A DNA stretch of 64,000 bases from Anolis carolinensis (taxonomy: Eukaryota), in contig NC_085844.1 of NCBI RefSeq assembly GCF_035594765.1, positions 196,308,107 to 196,372,106 of the forward strand. The letters run 5' to 3'. The translations under genes were made by a program, and so were the position numbers. The notes beneath the pieces were generated by a model that saw only the letters and a list, made by a program, of their open reading frames with translations, searched no databases and was not told the DNA's origin. Shown piece after piece: positions 39,473-51,219 of the stretch (positions within the stretch are counted from its first letter, which is position 1; each line of letters begins with the position of its first letter).

Positions 39473-39965
39473 AAATATTGGATTATTATTTGTGTTTGCA
39501 AAAGAAATATTTTCCAGGCTGTCTTTTACTGAAAGAGTGGAGTCATGTCCCAAAGACATGCTGTCTTGCTGTAATTGCTGTTTGCCACTCTTGTGCGATA
39601 AACTCCCAACTAATCTTCAGACAAATTGCCAACTAAATAAAAATGCTTCTACTCAATTTCTTTTCCTTTATTTAAGTAACTATATGCTGTAAGGTGAGTT
39701 TTGCATATCACTATTAAATTGTAATCAGCATTATGTTTGGTTAACACCACCCGTTTTGCATCAATTTTCACAGTTTTATTGCTTTTTCTGATCTAGATGT
39801 TTTCAGTATAAATGAAGAAATAAAATAAAGCAAACACACAATCCTGTGTGTAATCCTGAAAAGGTAACTGAAGTATTAAATATAACATAAAGGTTATTGA
39901 ATGCAATTTGAACACATTTTTCTCAAGGATAAAAAGCAGAGAGACTGTGGTTAAATGCAACCAAT

Positions 39966-39971
39966 TTTATT
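39966..39971 (-). terminator. Polyadenylation signal of gene C
   Basis: AATAAA on the minus strand about 68 nt after the stop codon; a second AATAAA at 39775-39780. Confidence 0.65.
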
Positions 39972-40039
39972 TATGATGCTGAAAATTGTCTTCCTCCTCT
40001 ACTCCAGTGGAGTGCATGTGTATATGATTGCTGTTCTGT

Positions 40040-42270
40040 TCAAGCCCAATTGCAACAGGAACAACTGGAGTCGAATACAAGGCCACTCTGACAATATTGC
40101 AGGTATGTCTCTCCATTCACGCAGTGGTAGAAGGCATTCTTGTTGGTAGGATCTGCATAGAGGCCACTGGACTTCCCGTTGCAGAAGGCCCCACCACTGC
40201 TACCTCCACTACCTCCACTTCCCCCAGAGCTTCCACTGCCACCTGAAGATGGAGCTGCTGTGGGAGGCTGGGCAGGTTGACCATTGGCATTGGTCCCAAG
40301 GGTGGTGGTTGGCACCTTGCAGTCTGAAAGAAAGAGGAAAAATACAGTTTGTCCTTCCATATCCATGGATTCTGCACCCATAGACTGAACTATCCATGGC
40401 TTGAAAATACTAAAGTGTCAGCCCCACCAATAAAAGCCTCCAGTGTGGACTTTGTGCTGTTTTTATAAGTGACAGTGTTTACTATTCTATGCTATATAAT
40501 GGGACTTTGGTTATCCATGGGTGTCCTGGAACCAAACACCAGTAGATACCAAGGGCTCCCTATATAGTTAGAAAACTTTTCTGTTAATGTTTTTCTTAAA
40601 GGACCCAGGGATCATCACCTGACATAACTTGAAATCAGGGCTTGGAGCAGTAATTCATTGGAACAGAAAGGCCCGCACTAATGAGAATGTAGGAAAGTGA
40701 TGAAATAGATAGTGGGTGTTCTCATTCTTGGCAAAAGAAGTTGTAAACTCAGGGTCCGGGGGGAGGAATGGCAACAAAAGATTAAGCAAATGCAGGAGGA
40801 CAAACATTGGTTATGTTTATTTTGCTTGAAAAAATAAAATTAGTGGGATTTTTCATAGGGCCAAGTGAACGGAACACTGAATGCACGTTTAACATGCAGG
40901 ATTTCTAAAATTCAAATACTGAAATATGAAAATTGTTAGGATTGTAGCAGATAGTGATGACGAAATGAATTATTTCATTTTGCACTACAATTATGAGGAA
41001 AGTCTCCCATCTGAAAGTAATCATTGCACTGGGGCAAATTACCCCTTGATGCCAAATGGTTTTAAAAGAAATGCTTCTGAAAGTGTAAACATGGGTACAA
41101 GGAAATAGTGGATGCATTTCACTTATGTTATGAAGGATCAGGAACAGGTACACCAGATGATTATTTAGCCATCTGCAATATGTTACTTACTTGGTGTGGT
41201 CACTCCCAATGCAGATTTCAAGGAATTCATTAGTGGGTATTTGCCTTCCCCACAGAATGCACCAGTGAAGTCATCCAGATCAATAGCCCATACCATGGCT
41301 CCACCAAAGTTATTCTCCAGCAGCCACTTAGCCTGAAAGTTAAATAGTGAAGTAGACAATTGTAAAAGGTTCCCGACAATATATTTCTCACCACCTCATT
41401 ATAGCTTCTTCCACAGTGATTACACCCAGTCATGAATCCAATCCAGACATGAATGGGTTGGAATGACTAGTAGACAATTGATGGTTATTTCATGTGTGTC
41501 TATATCTTCAAATCCACTGCCAAATTGTGGCAATCCCATGAATTTTGTAGGGTTTTTAGGTAAGGAATACTCAGAAGTAGTTTAACCATAACCATAAGCT
41601 GACAAGTGATTTGAAGGTGCACACACACAATTAACTCAGTCCTGAAAGGAATTCTGCCTTCATAGGTAGGATCCAGCATTAGGTATCTCTTTGTTGGGAA
41701 CATGGAAGTGAGAGGTGACCTCTTCTTTCAGATCTTCCATGAACACCATAAATCTACTCAGGAGGGCTGGGAAATCACCTGGAGCTAGTTTTTGGACAGC
41801 TCCAAGGATTGTATAAAAGGAAAAGGAAAGGCAGAGGAAGTTTTATTGTGCTGGTGCTATAGCTGAAGTACAATATTGAATTTTGGCTCTTGTCCTCTTG
41901 GAGAGTGTTTCAAAAATCCACAAGTAAGGGCACAAAAGAGGCAAGAAGCTTACCTTGATGGCAAAACTTTTGGGGTTATCATAACCAATCCACTGGTTTC
42001 CTTTATAGGCATAAGGCACTTCCTGGGGAGCATTCCATACAACAGTGGCACCGCTCTTCAAGAAGGTACAGACCTGGGGTGGGGGTGGGGTGGGGGATAT
42101 CTCTTGCTTAGCCAATGAAGGTAGAATATCTGGCTACATAAAACTTGATATACATTATTAGATGATTGCTTCAAACTTTGCTATGTTGAAAATAGTATGA
42201 CATCCTTACTATGCATAGCAAAGGACAGTCAAATCACAGAGAATCAAACCAATGTATTAGAGAAAAGAGG

Positions 42271-42317
<47 letters not shown>

Positions 42318-45300
42318 GCACACAAAATATTCTGTCCAACCACCAGCTAAAAGCATCTTATATCAGCCTATTTAAAAGAGGCCATTTTTGTTTCCTAGAA
42401 AAGAATGAAAATGAATTTGTTTTAAATCAATACTAAATACTCATCTCTCCAAAACAGAAAAGGCCTCAAACTAAAGAAAAGAATTTGGAACTAAAAATAA
42501 TTGCTAGGTTGAAACATAACACATGGAAAGTGGGTGTCAGTATATTGCAACAACTATTTTCTATATGTATGGGATTTCAGTATGAACAAGCACATATTTG
42601 GGATCTCATTGACAAGGAAACTGGAGTTTTACCTCAAAGTATGCCAGTGTCCCAGCTGCTTGAGTGTAGGCACCACCTTTACCTGGCCCAGCAGTTGGCG
42701 CATCCAGGCCATGGTTAGAGGGGTTGGAGAGGGTGAAAGTGCGGGCATAGGCTCCAAATCCCACCATCAGCTTTTCAGCCGGTGCACCATTTTTCTTCCA
42801 GTAGTTCATGGCATAGTCCTGGTGGAAGGAACATTGATCAGAAAGAAGTTCTAAAATGCTTATTCACCAATTGAACAAAAGCATATGACTGAAGGTGAAA
42901 AGAACCTGAAATGCTTAGCTCTTCACAGTTACTCACCACATTGAAATAAATGTAGGAGCCTTGGTCTTCAGGCCCTGCATACAGAGGGCTGTTTTCACCA
43001 GTGAAACCTTCCCAGGATCCTCTGAGATCATAGGTCATCACATTAATCAGGTCCATGTACCTGAGGAGGTAGAGGAAGAAAGCAATCTAATATATTGTCC
43101 TGGCAAATTCTTTTAAAACTATTTATTCAATAGAAGAAGTTTGGGATTCACTCTAGTATTTGAGTATTTAGCATTCTCTTGGAGGGGAAATAGTTTTTTG
43201 TTTCTCATTTCCATATAGCAATACATTTAAATTTATCGAATTGCATATTAGCAATTTATGGCAGATAGGTGCTGAATTTGATAAAAACATACATCCATTT
43301 AAAGCTAATTAGGATTTTTAGGAAGGATATGTGATCTTTTATAGATCCATTAAGGGAAAGAAGCAGAGTTATAAATACATGCATATATACATACAATTCA
43401 TAAATATTTCTAAAATAGCAAAATAGTTATATTTAAGAAGGCAAACTAAACTGTCTTCAGTGGCTCACCAAGCATCATATTCTGGCGGAGCAGTTTTTAT
43501 AGATTGGAAAAGAAAGTAGGCAACTTATACTCTCAAAACAAAGGAGCACTCAGTTCATTTGAAATCACAGTGGGGAGAACTGAGGCAAACGTTCTAAAGT
43601 GCAATTGCCACAAAAAGAAATCTTGTTCTATTTTTACCAAGGGTTGAAGTATTGATGTGCAACTTACTTGGACATCTGTGGGATCTGGTATGCAGTTTCA
43701 ATGGTGCCCACACCAGCAGACACAGCTGCAGAAATCAACAGTCTGGGCTTGTTGGTTTGAGATGCCTCCTGTTCAAAGGCTTCATACATCTCCTGTTATT
43801 GGAAGCAGTGAATAGTTATAAAACACTCCTTTAAGAAGAAAGAGCAGTGATTTCTAAACAATGGATAGATGGAAGACTTTTAAACTGATATTGTGTTCTA
43901 TAGCTTTTGCTCCCATTTCTCCAAACCCATAAACCTCACCATATAATGGCATTTTTGGAGGAGAAGATTAAGAGTATTGGGAATAGGGGTGACCAAAGGA
44001 AAAAAAACAATATCTTTGGACTTCAACTCCCACAATTCCTAACAGCCTCAAGCTTAAGCGGCTGAGGGGGAAAAGGAAAGGGCCTGAGGCCAGGAATTGT
44101 GGGAGTTGAAGTCCAAAACACCTGGAGGGCTCAAGTTTGCTCATGCCTCGGTTAGAATAATTACATCTTGCTCTCAAATTCCTGGAATCCTCATGTCAGC
44201 ACTGCTACTGGCCAATGCTAGCTGAGATATTCTGCAAATTGTTCCTCAAACAGAATTTTTCCAAAGGCTGGAAATAATCTGGAGCACAGCTTGTTCCACT
44301 GCTTGGAGTCTGCACCCATAATCTAGAGAATATATTGTCAAAACCAACCTGGAGCAAGACAGTGAAAAGTTGTTGGGTATCAGCAGGGCTGCCACGATTG
44401 CCAGGGTACTCCCAGTCAATGTCCAACCCATCAAAGTCGTACTTGCGTAAGAAGGAAATAGCAGACTGAATGAATGCCTGGCGATTTTGAGCAGATGAAA
44501 CCATGTCAGAAAACCTATGCGATAAACCAAAGTGGAGACTCAGAAACGATGAAATGAATGTTTTACCAATTTGCAGCATTCCATATCTTGTTGGATTCCG
44601 TCTCCCACGATTCCTCATCATTGGCTATATTGTCTAGGATTGATGGGAGCAGATGTCTGACAACATCTGGAGGGCTATATATATGACTACTTATAAATGA
44701 AATAAAAGATCTATATCTATATATAGATGTATAGACATATTTTAAGTATGATCTACTCAGTTAACGGTATAAAAACTTTTAAAACAGGCTTTAGTGGATG
44801 CACATAATTATAAGCCATTCAAAGAGAAAAAGTTGCTAATATGTTAAGTGAGAAGCTGTTCAAAATGCTTGCAAAACAAGGCCTTACTTCTGGGTACCAA
44901 AGTTCCAGCCTCCAACAGAGAGCAAGGTTTTCAGATCAGGATTGCTGTAGAGGAAAAAGAAAAATAGAAAGGCCATTAGACAATCTGAATCATCTACAAA
45001 CTATCATGTGATTGATCTTCTTTTTTTAAATAACAGAAATGTCAGTCTTATATGTAGGATTGACAGATCCTAAAAGAGCTCCCATACTATTTCAAGGTTG
45101 CATGGTCAGGGCAGAGGTGAGAGCAGCAACAATATTTATTGCGAATTCTTTATAATTTTATCAAAGATGTTGTTTCAGAGATGAAACTACTTAAGCAATG
45201 CTACTCATAATGACTTTGATTTTGTATACCTCTTGCATAACATATATTTCAGGGCTCTTAATGTGGAATGGAAACCAAAAGATATTCAAACAGGATGGAA

Positions 45301-46541
45301 CATCTACAGAAAAATGAGATGGACTGAAGTCCCATAAAAGCCATTGTGATTTGAAGATGTTAAGAGATGTTCAATATTCTCTAGACTTTGTCATTGTTTT
45401 CAGTATCCCATGTAAATACACAAGAAGTATTCTTACTAGCTTTTGAGTCCATTGATGCCACCATAGAGAGCAACATCATTCGGATCAATGGTCTGGACCT
45501 GGTAGTTGTTAGTCATGCCCGCAAATGCATAGATGACATGAGTACATAGGCATGGGTCAAGATCTTCAGGCATGTAACGTGCAATGCCAGGTCTGTACTG
45601 GCACCAGTTGGTGAAGTAACAGACAATATTGGTAGATGCACCTGCATGGGAGGAGGCATAGAGTCAATCAACGCAAGATTGTAATTAACTAGGGTTGAGA
45701 GAAAAAAAAAGTTTGGAATATTGCTTTTTATGGAATATAATAAAAACGGGGAGTAGACTAGAACTTACCCAGCTGCAATTGCAGCAGGAAAGCCAGACCT
45801 ATGAAAGAAAAGTTCCTATTGTGAGTAAAGCATAAAAATAAGAATTCTTTATTCACTCAAACTATAAATGGTGGATTCACTTTGACACAGAAGTACATTG
45901 TTCCTTTAGGCAAAATAATTCTTAGTAACACTGATTGTTTTAGGTCACTTCAGTGTTTGAAACTATCCATGGATTGCCCTAATCTTGCATAATAATTATG
46001 ATTGTGATGAACTGATGAACTGATCACTTACAGATGACAGCTTTCATGAAACTGCCTGATAGAATCTATCATATGATCTCTTTCAATGTCCTAAACAATA
46101 TAGTGTGAAATGAGCACAAAATAGTATATTTGTTTGTGTAAAGTCAATATATAGCTAATCCATTGATTGAAGAACTATTAATTAAGAAGGATTTTGAAAC
46201 TATTCCATATCTTATCCTAAACAGGCTTGATGCCGCAAGAACTAAAAATGGAAAAAGGATAAGTAAGCATGGGCAGGTTCTCAACAAAAGATAACATAAC
46301 TTGGGTCCCATGAACAAAGTAGGAACTAAAACTTTGTTTGGAAGCACCAACAACATTTAGAGCATTCTCATCAAATATTGTAATCAAGTAATATACAAAG
46401 GTACTTTTAAAGAAAGGATCTGAACTCGTAAGAGAGGAGATAGGACACAAATGGACAGGTGGAAGTCCTAGAGCTTGTCTTTTTTGCTGCTGCATAGATG
46501 AACTCTTAATACTCACCAGTGAGAAGGAGTAGTTTGCCCAT
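40040..46541 (-). CDS. Gene C: divergent CHIA-family chitinase paralog, 487 aa, GH18 + linker + CBM14
   Basis: Exons 46541-46517, 45798-45769, 45641-45437 (205 nt), 44944-44888, 44514-44349, 43792-43668, 43060-42937, 42818-42633, 42073-41954, 41332-41191, 40323-40040; total 1464 nt, in frame, [16 protein letters not shown] intact; DPCLC and C-terminal CSCCNWA* are CHIA-type. Confidence 0.93.
42265..42314. repeat. (CA)n microsatellite in gene C intron 8
   Basis: Read directly from the sequence. Confidence 0.97.
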
Positions 46542-46582
46542 TTTGATACCTGTGTACTAATTTGGTTTATTCCTTGCTTCCT

Positions 46583-46589
46583 TTTTATA
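46583..46589 (-). promoter_or_regulatory. TATA box of gene C
   Basis: TATAAAA about 41 nt upstream of the ATG, same spacing as in genes A and B. Confidence 0.72.
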
Positions 46590-47404
46590 TGTTTCCTTCT
46601 GTGCCCACCCCCTGCTGAAAAAGTATGACTTCAAATGCCCTCATTCCAAAAGTTAAACAAAAAGTTAATATGTAGACAAAATTATCATAGGCATCTCCTC
46701 TAGCAGCCATCTTCACCTTGTCTTTTGAAGTTTGGGTCTAGCAGGCACATACACCCCCCTTCTTGATTTTGGCACCCCAGCCCCAAATCAATGGTATAAT
46801 CCCACTTGAAATTTACCAAAGATATAAAGCATTAGATAAGAAAGTCAAACATAAGAGATTTACTTATATAATTATACTAGAAAAATGACATTGGAAGCAA
46901 ATCCATGTGTGAGCCAATAAGGGGAAATGTCAGATAGCAGCTATTTGGAAAAGATATTGATAATTTCTTCAGGTCAATTTGCTTTCCCGTTTTCCCTTTT
47001 AATGTGCTATTTAACTTGATGTGCATTTGTGGCAATCAATTTAAGGACTTAATAGCATAACTTTGAGGCAACCGTGGTGCTGAACTGTCACTGGCAATTA
47101 AGTTTAAGCTCCCATAGTTGCACACAGTTAACATACAAACAAAAATAATTACGCTGAGCGAATCTACTTCTTTGTTTAATCCCCCCCCCCCCCTTATTCT
47201 TGGTAGAACTTACATTAAAAATATTACTAGAACTTTAAATAGAACTTGGGAGATATTCAAATAAAGGAAAATGTAGATACAATATCTGATTGTTTCTACA
47301 GAAATACATACTATTTTAATGAAAATACTTTTATACCAATTTTCTATTTTAAAGGATGTCCTTAAAACAATACATTTTAAAGTGGAATACTGAATTGTGT
47401 CAGA

Positions 47405-48640
47405 TTTCTTTTATCATGTCAGAAGCAAATTGAGGCAATTGTGATTGCTTCTGGTGTGAGAGAATCAGCTGTTTTCAAAGACGTTGCTCAAGGGACGCCC
47501 GGATGTGTTACCATCCAGTGGGGGGCTTCTCTCATGTCCCTGCATGGGAAGCTAAAGCTGACAGGCAAGAGCTCACCCCGTCTCATGGATTTGAACTCCT
47601 AACCTTTAGGTCAGCTGTTCAGTGGGCACAAGGGTTTAACCCAGGTATGGGCCAGCCCAGGGCAGATGCTGCACCTTGGACTCTTTTCTCAGGCTCTCCT
47701 CTCTCACACCATCCTATCCTTTCTCTCTTTCCTTCTTCCTTCCTCCCTTGCCTCCCTCCCTTCTTCCCTCCCTCTTTCTCCCTCCCCCTCTTCCACCCAT
47801 CCTTCCTCCCCCTTTNNNNNNNNNNNNNNNNNNNNNNNNNNNNNNNNNNNNNNNNNNNNNNNNNNNNNNNNNNNNNNNNNNNNNNNNNNNNNNNNNNNNN
47901 NNNNNNNNNNNNNNNNNNNNNNNNNNNNNNNNNNNNNNNNNNNNNNNNNNNNNNNNNNNNNNNNNNNNNNNNNNNNNNNNNNTCCATCCTTCTCTTCCTC
48001 CCTTTCTTTCTCCCTTCCTTCTCTTTTTCCTCCTTCCTTTCCTCCTGGGGGATGTTTAGCTGGGAGGAGAGAAGGTAGAGAGGAAATATGAGAACCTTGT
48101 TTCAAGATTTACAAGGGTGTCCTACTGAGGAGGAGGAAGGAGGGAGGGGGAAAGCTGACTTTCTGCTGCTCTAGAGACCAGGGCACAAGGGAGCAGTGGG
48201 TTCAAATGGCAGGGAAAGGGATTTGACTAAAAAGATTAGGAAGAACTTCCTGAGAGCAAGAGCTGTTGGAGAGTGGCCTGGGCTGCCTGGGAGTGTGGCA
48301 TCGCCGCCATTTTTGGAGGCTTTTCCGCAGAGGCTGTCTATTGGGAGTGTTTTGATTGTGCCTTCTTACATGGAAGGGGGTTGGACTGGATGATTCTGGG
48401 GAATCTCTTCCAGCTTTGGGATTCTAGGATTCTATATCAGGAGTAGGCAATACAGGGTCTAATGCATACACATTTTCTCTCTCATCCACCATCTCATCCT
48501 GATGAAGGCCAACCCTTTTGGGATCCAAATGTTTCCCGTCTTTCCCGGCCCACCCACCCCGCTCTGACCCGCCATGCGTCTCCCAAATTAGAAAGCTTGC
48601 CAGTGCCTGGTTTAACCCATTGTGCCACTGTGGCTCCCTA
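47405..48640 (-). mobile_element. tRNA-derived SINE split by a hAT-type insertion (47642-48609) that itself contains a CR1 3' end
   Basis: The SINE resumes after the insertion (gtttaacc|cattgtgccactg); 8-bp TSD gtttaacc; TIR caggtatgggc/gccagtgcctg; CR1 3' piece at about 48090-48432. Confidence 0.8.
47816..47982. other. Assembly gap (167 N) in a pyrimidine-rich low-complexity tract
   Basis: Run of N flanked by CT-rich sequence. Confidence 0.99.
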
Positions 48641-49513
48641 TTGTGTTTGATGGTAACCAGAAATTCAATTACAGCTCAAGAATAAGGAGAGTTACAAATA
48701 TGAATGCACAAATATGAATACATTTTTATAAAAAAAATAAACACAGTATCCTCCTTACTACATCAAATAACATTAGCCCTGTAAAGCCTCCAAGTTAAGA
48801 AAGCTGATTTTGAATCACAATCCAGAAATGCCTTTGTACTATGGTTATTCATGTACTATGGGACATTCATGTTATGCCTTACATGGGAAGTGCCTGTTTA
48901 GTTGGCATTGATTCTGCTGATTAAGTTGTTTTGCTAGTCCTGTTGTCTTACCTCTTTGAGGTGCCCATGCGTTTTGATTCTGTTCTGTTCTGTGACCTTC
49001 ATCTGTATATTTTTATTTAAGATCACTAGCAAAGTTTCTTTCTGTTCCCAATCGGTTTGGCTAAACTACACATTACCTTGGCACAGCATGGCAGCTTTGC
49101 TGTGTTAGTCTTGAGGTTAAATGTAGAAATTTTACAGCAGAGTGATTTTTTGTGGAGGTGTTTGTAAGGTATATTTTAGCTGTCTGACTTTTTCATTCCA
49201 AGGCTGGTTATTAAATTATTAATGATGCCTTTTTACTGTCATTTTGGCATTGATTTCTCCAGTTCCGAATCACACAGCATTTTCATATTAAAAAATTGGA
49301 TGGAAACCTGGTGAAATGAAAAACTCTTACAGGTTCTTCCCATGAATGGGAAATATGTGATAAAATAATTAATAATATGCCTAGTGTTCCATGTGATAAA
49401 GTTGGCACATGTGCCTGTATGATCCCTTCAAACATTATTCCAACATGTATTCTTCAAATGCCTGAATAAAGCTTAGGTTTAAAACTAGTTAGAGGAGTAA
49501 AGTATGGTTAAAT

Positions 49514-49833
49514 TTGGGGCCTCTGGTGGTGCAGTGGGTTAAACTGCTGAGCTGCTGAACTTGCTGACCGAATCCGGGGAGTGGGGTAAGCTCCCACTGT
49601 TAGCCCCAGCTTCTGCCAACCTAGCAGTCCGAAAACATGCAAATACGAGTAGATCAATAGGTGCTGCACCAGCGGGAAGGTAACGGTGCTCCATACAGTC
49701 ATTCCAGTCACATGACCTTGGAGGCGTCTATGGACAACACCGGCTCTTCGGCTTAGATATGAAGATGAGCACCAACCCACAGAGTCAGACACGACTAGAC
49801 TTAATGTCAGGGGAAAACCTTTACTTTTACTAT
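49514..49833 (+). mobile_element. Sauria SINE
   Basis: Head and tail match 16708-17028; TSD tatggttaaat. Confidence 0.9.
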
Positions 49834-49958
49834 TATGGTTAAATCCTACTTAAGACGTCAAAGAACAGGAGATACATTAAAGAGGGAATGTGTCCACTTG
49901 CACCAATTTGGCTTCCATTTCTACAGCTGTGTTGGATCCAGTTTGAGACTTCCCATAC

Positions 49959-50092
49959 CAGTGGTTCTCAGTCTGGGGTCCCCAGATGTTTTTGGCCTTC
50001 AACTCCCAGAAATCCTAACAGCTGGTAACTGGCTGGGATTTCTGGGAGTTGTAGACCAAAAACATCTGGGGACCCCAGGTTGAGAACCACTT
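49959..50092. mobile_element. Palindromic hAT-type MITE (same family as 2959-3093, opposite orientation)
   Basis: cagtggttctca...tgagaaccact; approximate TSD tcccatac/tcttatac. Confidence 0.85.
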
Positions 50093-51219
50093 TCTTATAC
50101 AATGACTATGGGGAAAAACCTGAGGGACAGTTCTTTGTGCATTCTGGGGAACCTGCTTGGATTCTTCCACATATCAGCCCTTGGATTTTGCTCCGAATAT
50201 TGAAGGGGCTATCCAAGCTATTGATCCTTATTTATAAAGTAATCCCCACTGACAGAAAGAACTAGAAACTTGACCAATGCTTCCATTGATGGGACATGTT
50301 CTGATCCTCCTTGTTCCATTTTGGGAAGGTTGTAGTTGAAATCGGAGAGAATGGAGATGTTAAGGACATCCTTTCAGGCAAAAGTTGCCTGCAATCTTCT
50401 CCACAAAAAGCCATTTCCTCCTAGAACTGAATTCATTTTGTCAGAGACGGGCTGCTTGCCTGTGAATCTTATGCTTTCTTTATTCTCTAATCTCTAGCTA
50501 TACTGTGGTCAATGTCTTATGAATAAGCAACACATGCATTGTAAGTTTCATGCATTTCTCTCAAACCTCCCAATTCAAGCTCTTGCTGAAGGTTCCTGAA
50601 TTAAGGTAAATTTCATATTTAAGTGTAACTGAATCTTTGATCTATGAATGGGCTAAACTGAATACAAAGAAGTTTTCTCCCAATAATGAAGTTGAAATGA
50701 AAGATTAATGGAATACATTCTGTTTGCTACTCAGTACCACACCACAAAACATACATGCACAAATGTAATTTTGTAAATTAAGAATACCATTTCCCAGTCA
50801 AGAAAAGAAAACCTACTTGAAAGGAATTAAAACTGTTTAATTGAAATCATTAGACATATGTTTAAAACCAATATATTTAGCCCAATTTCTAGTATAAATT
50901 ACTTTTTTTCAGACAGTGAGGCTGGAATCAAACATATTTTATAATCTTCTAAAACAGAAACACAAACAAAAAAATGCTGCAGTGCAGAAATTTGAATTAA
51001 TGACTTCAGTCCATTAAAGCACACAAGTTAGGACAGAACTACATTAACCACAGAACCCCACAAAACTAATCATAGTGATCTATAATATAGCCTTTTTTAA
51101 AAAGTGTAAATCATGCCACCATGTTTTGCATATGGCAATTTGGTCATTTGTATTCCTCCCTAGAATAAAAGCACAAAGCATCCTTGCATCTTCAAGGTTC
51201 ACTTGATATTCAAGATCAT

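Noticed and set aside
41180-41191. In-frame stop just after the exon-10 donor in B and C as a designed CBM-less isoform
   Set aside because: A phase-1 gtaagta donor yields a stop almost automatically; no transcript evidence is available.
40040-46541. Calling gene C chitotriosidase (CHIT1)
   Set aside because: It keeps CHIA features (DPCLC, YAMNYWK, GAPAEKL, CCNWA end, shared core promoter) and sits in the CHIA array; a phylogeny is needed to settle it.
47503-48105. ORFs of 120-190 aa
   Set aside because: They span the N gap and CT-rich low-complexity sequence.
50330-50462. Possible relic of a CBM14 exon downstream of gene D (cag|GC...GGNGF/CG)
   Set aside because: Purine-rich acceptor context, frameshift needed, no six-Cys pattern.
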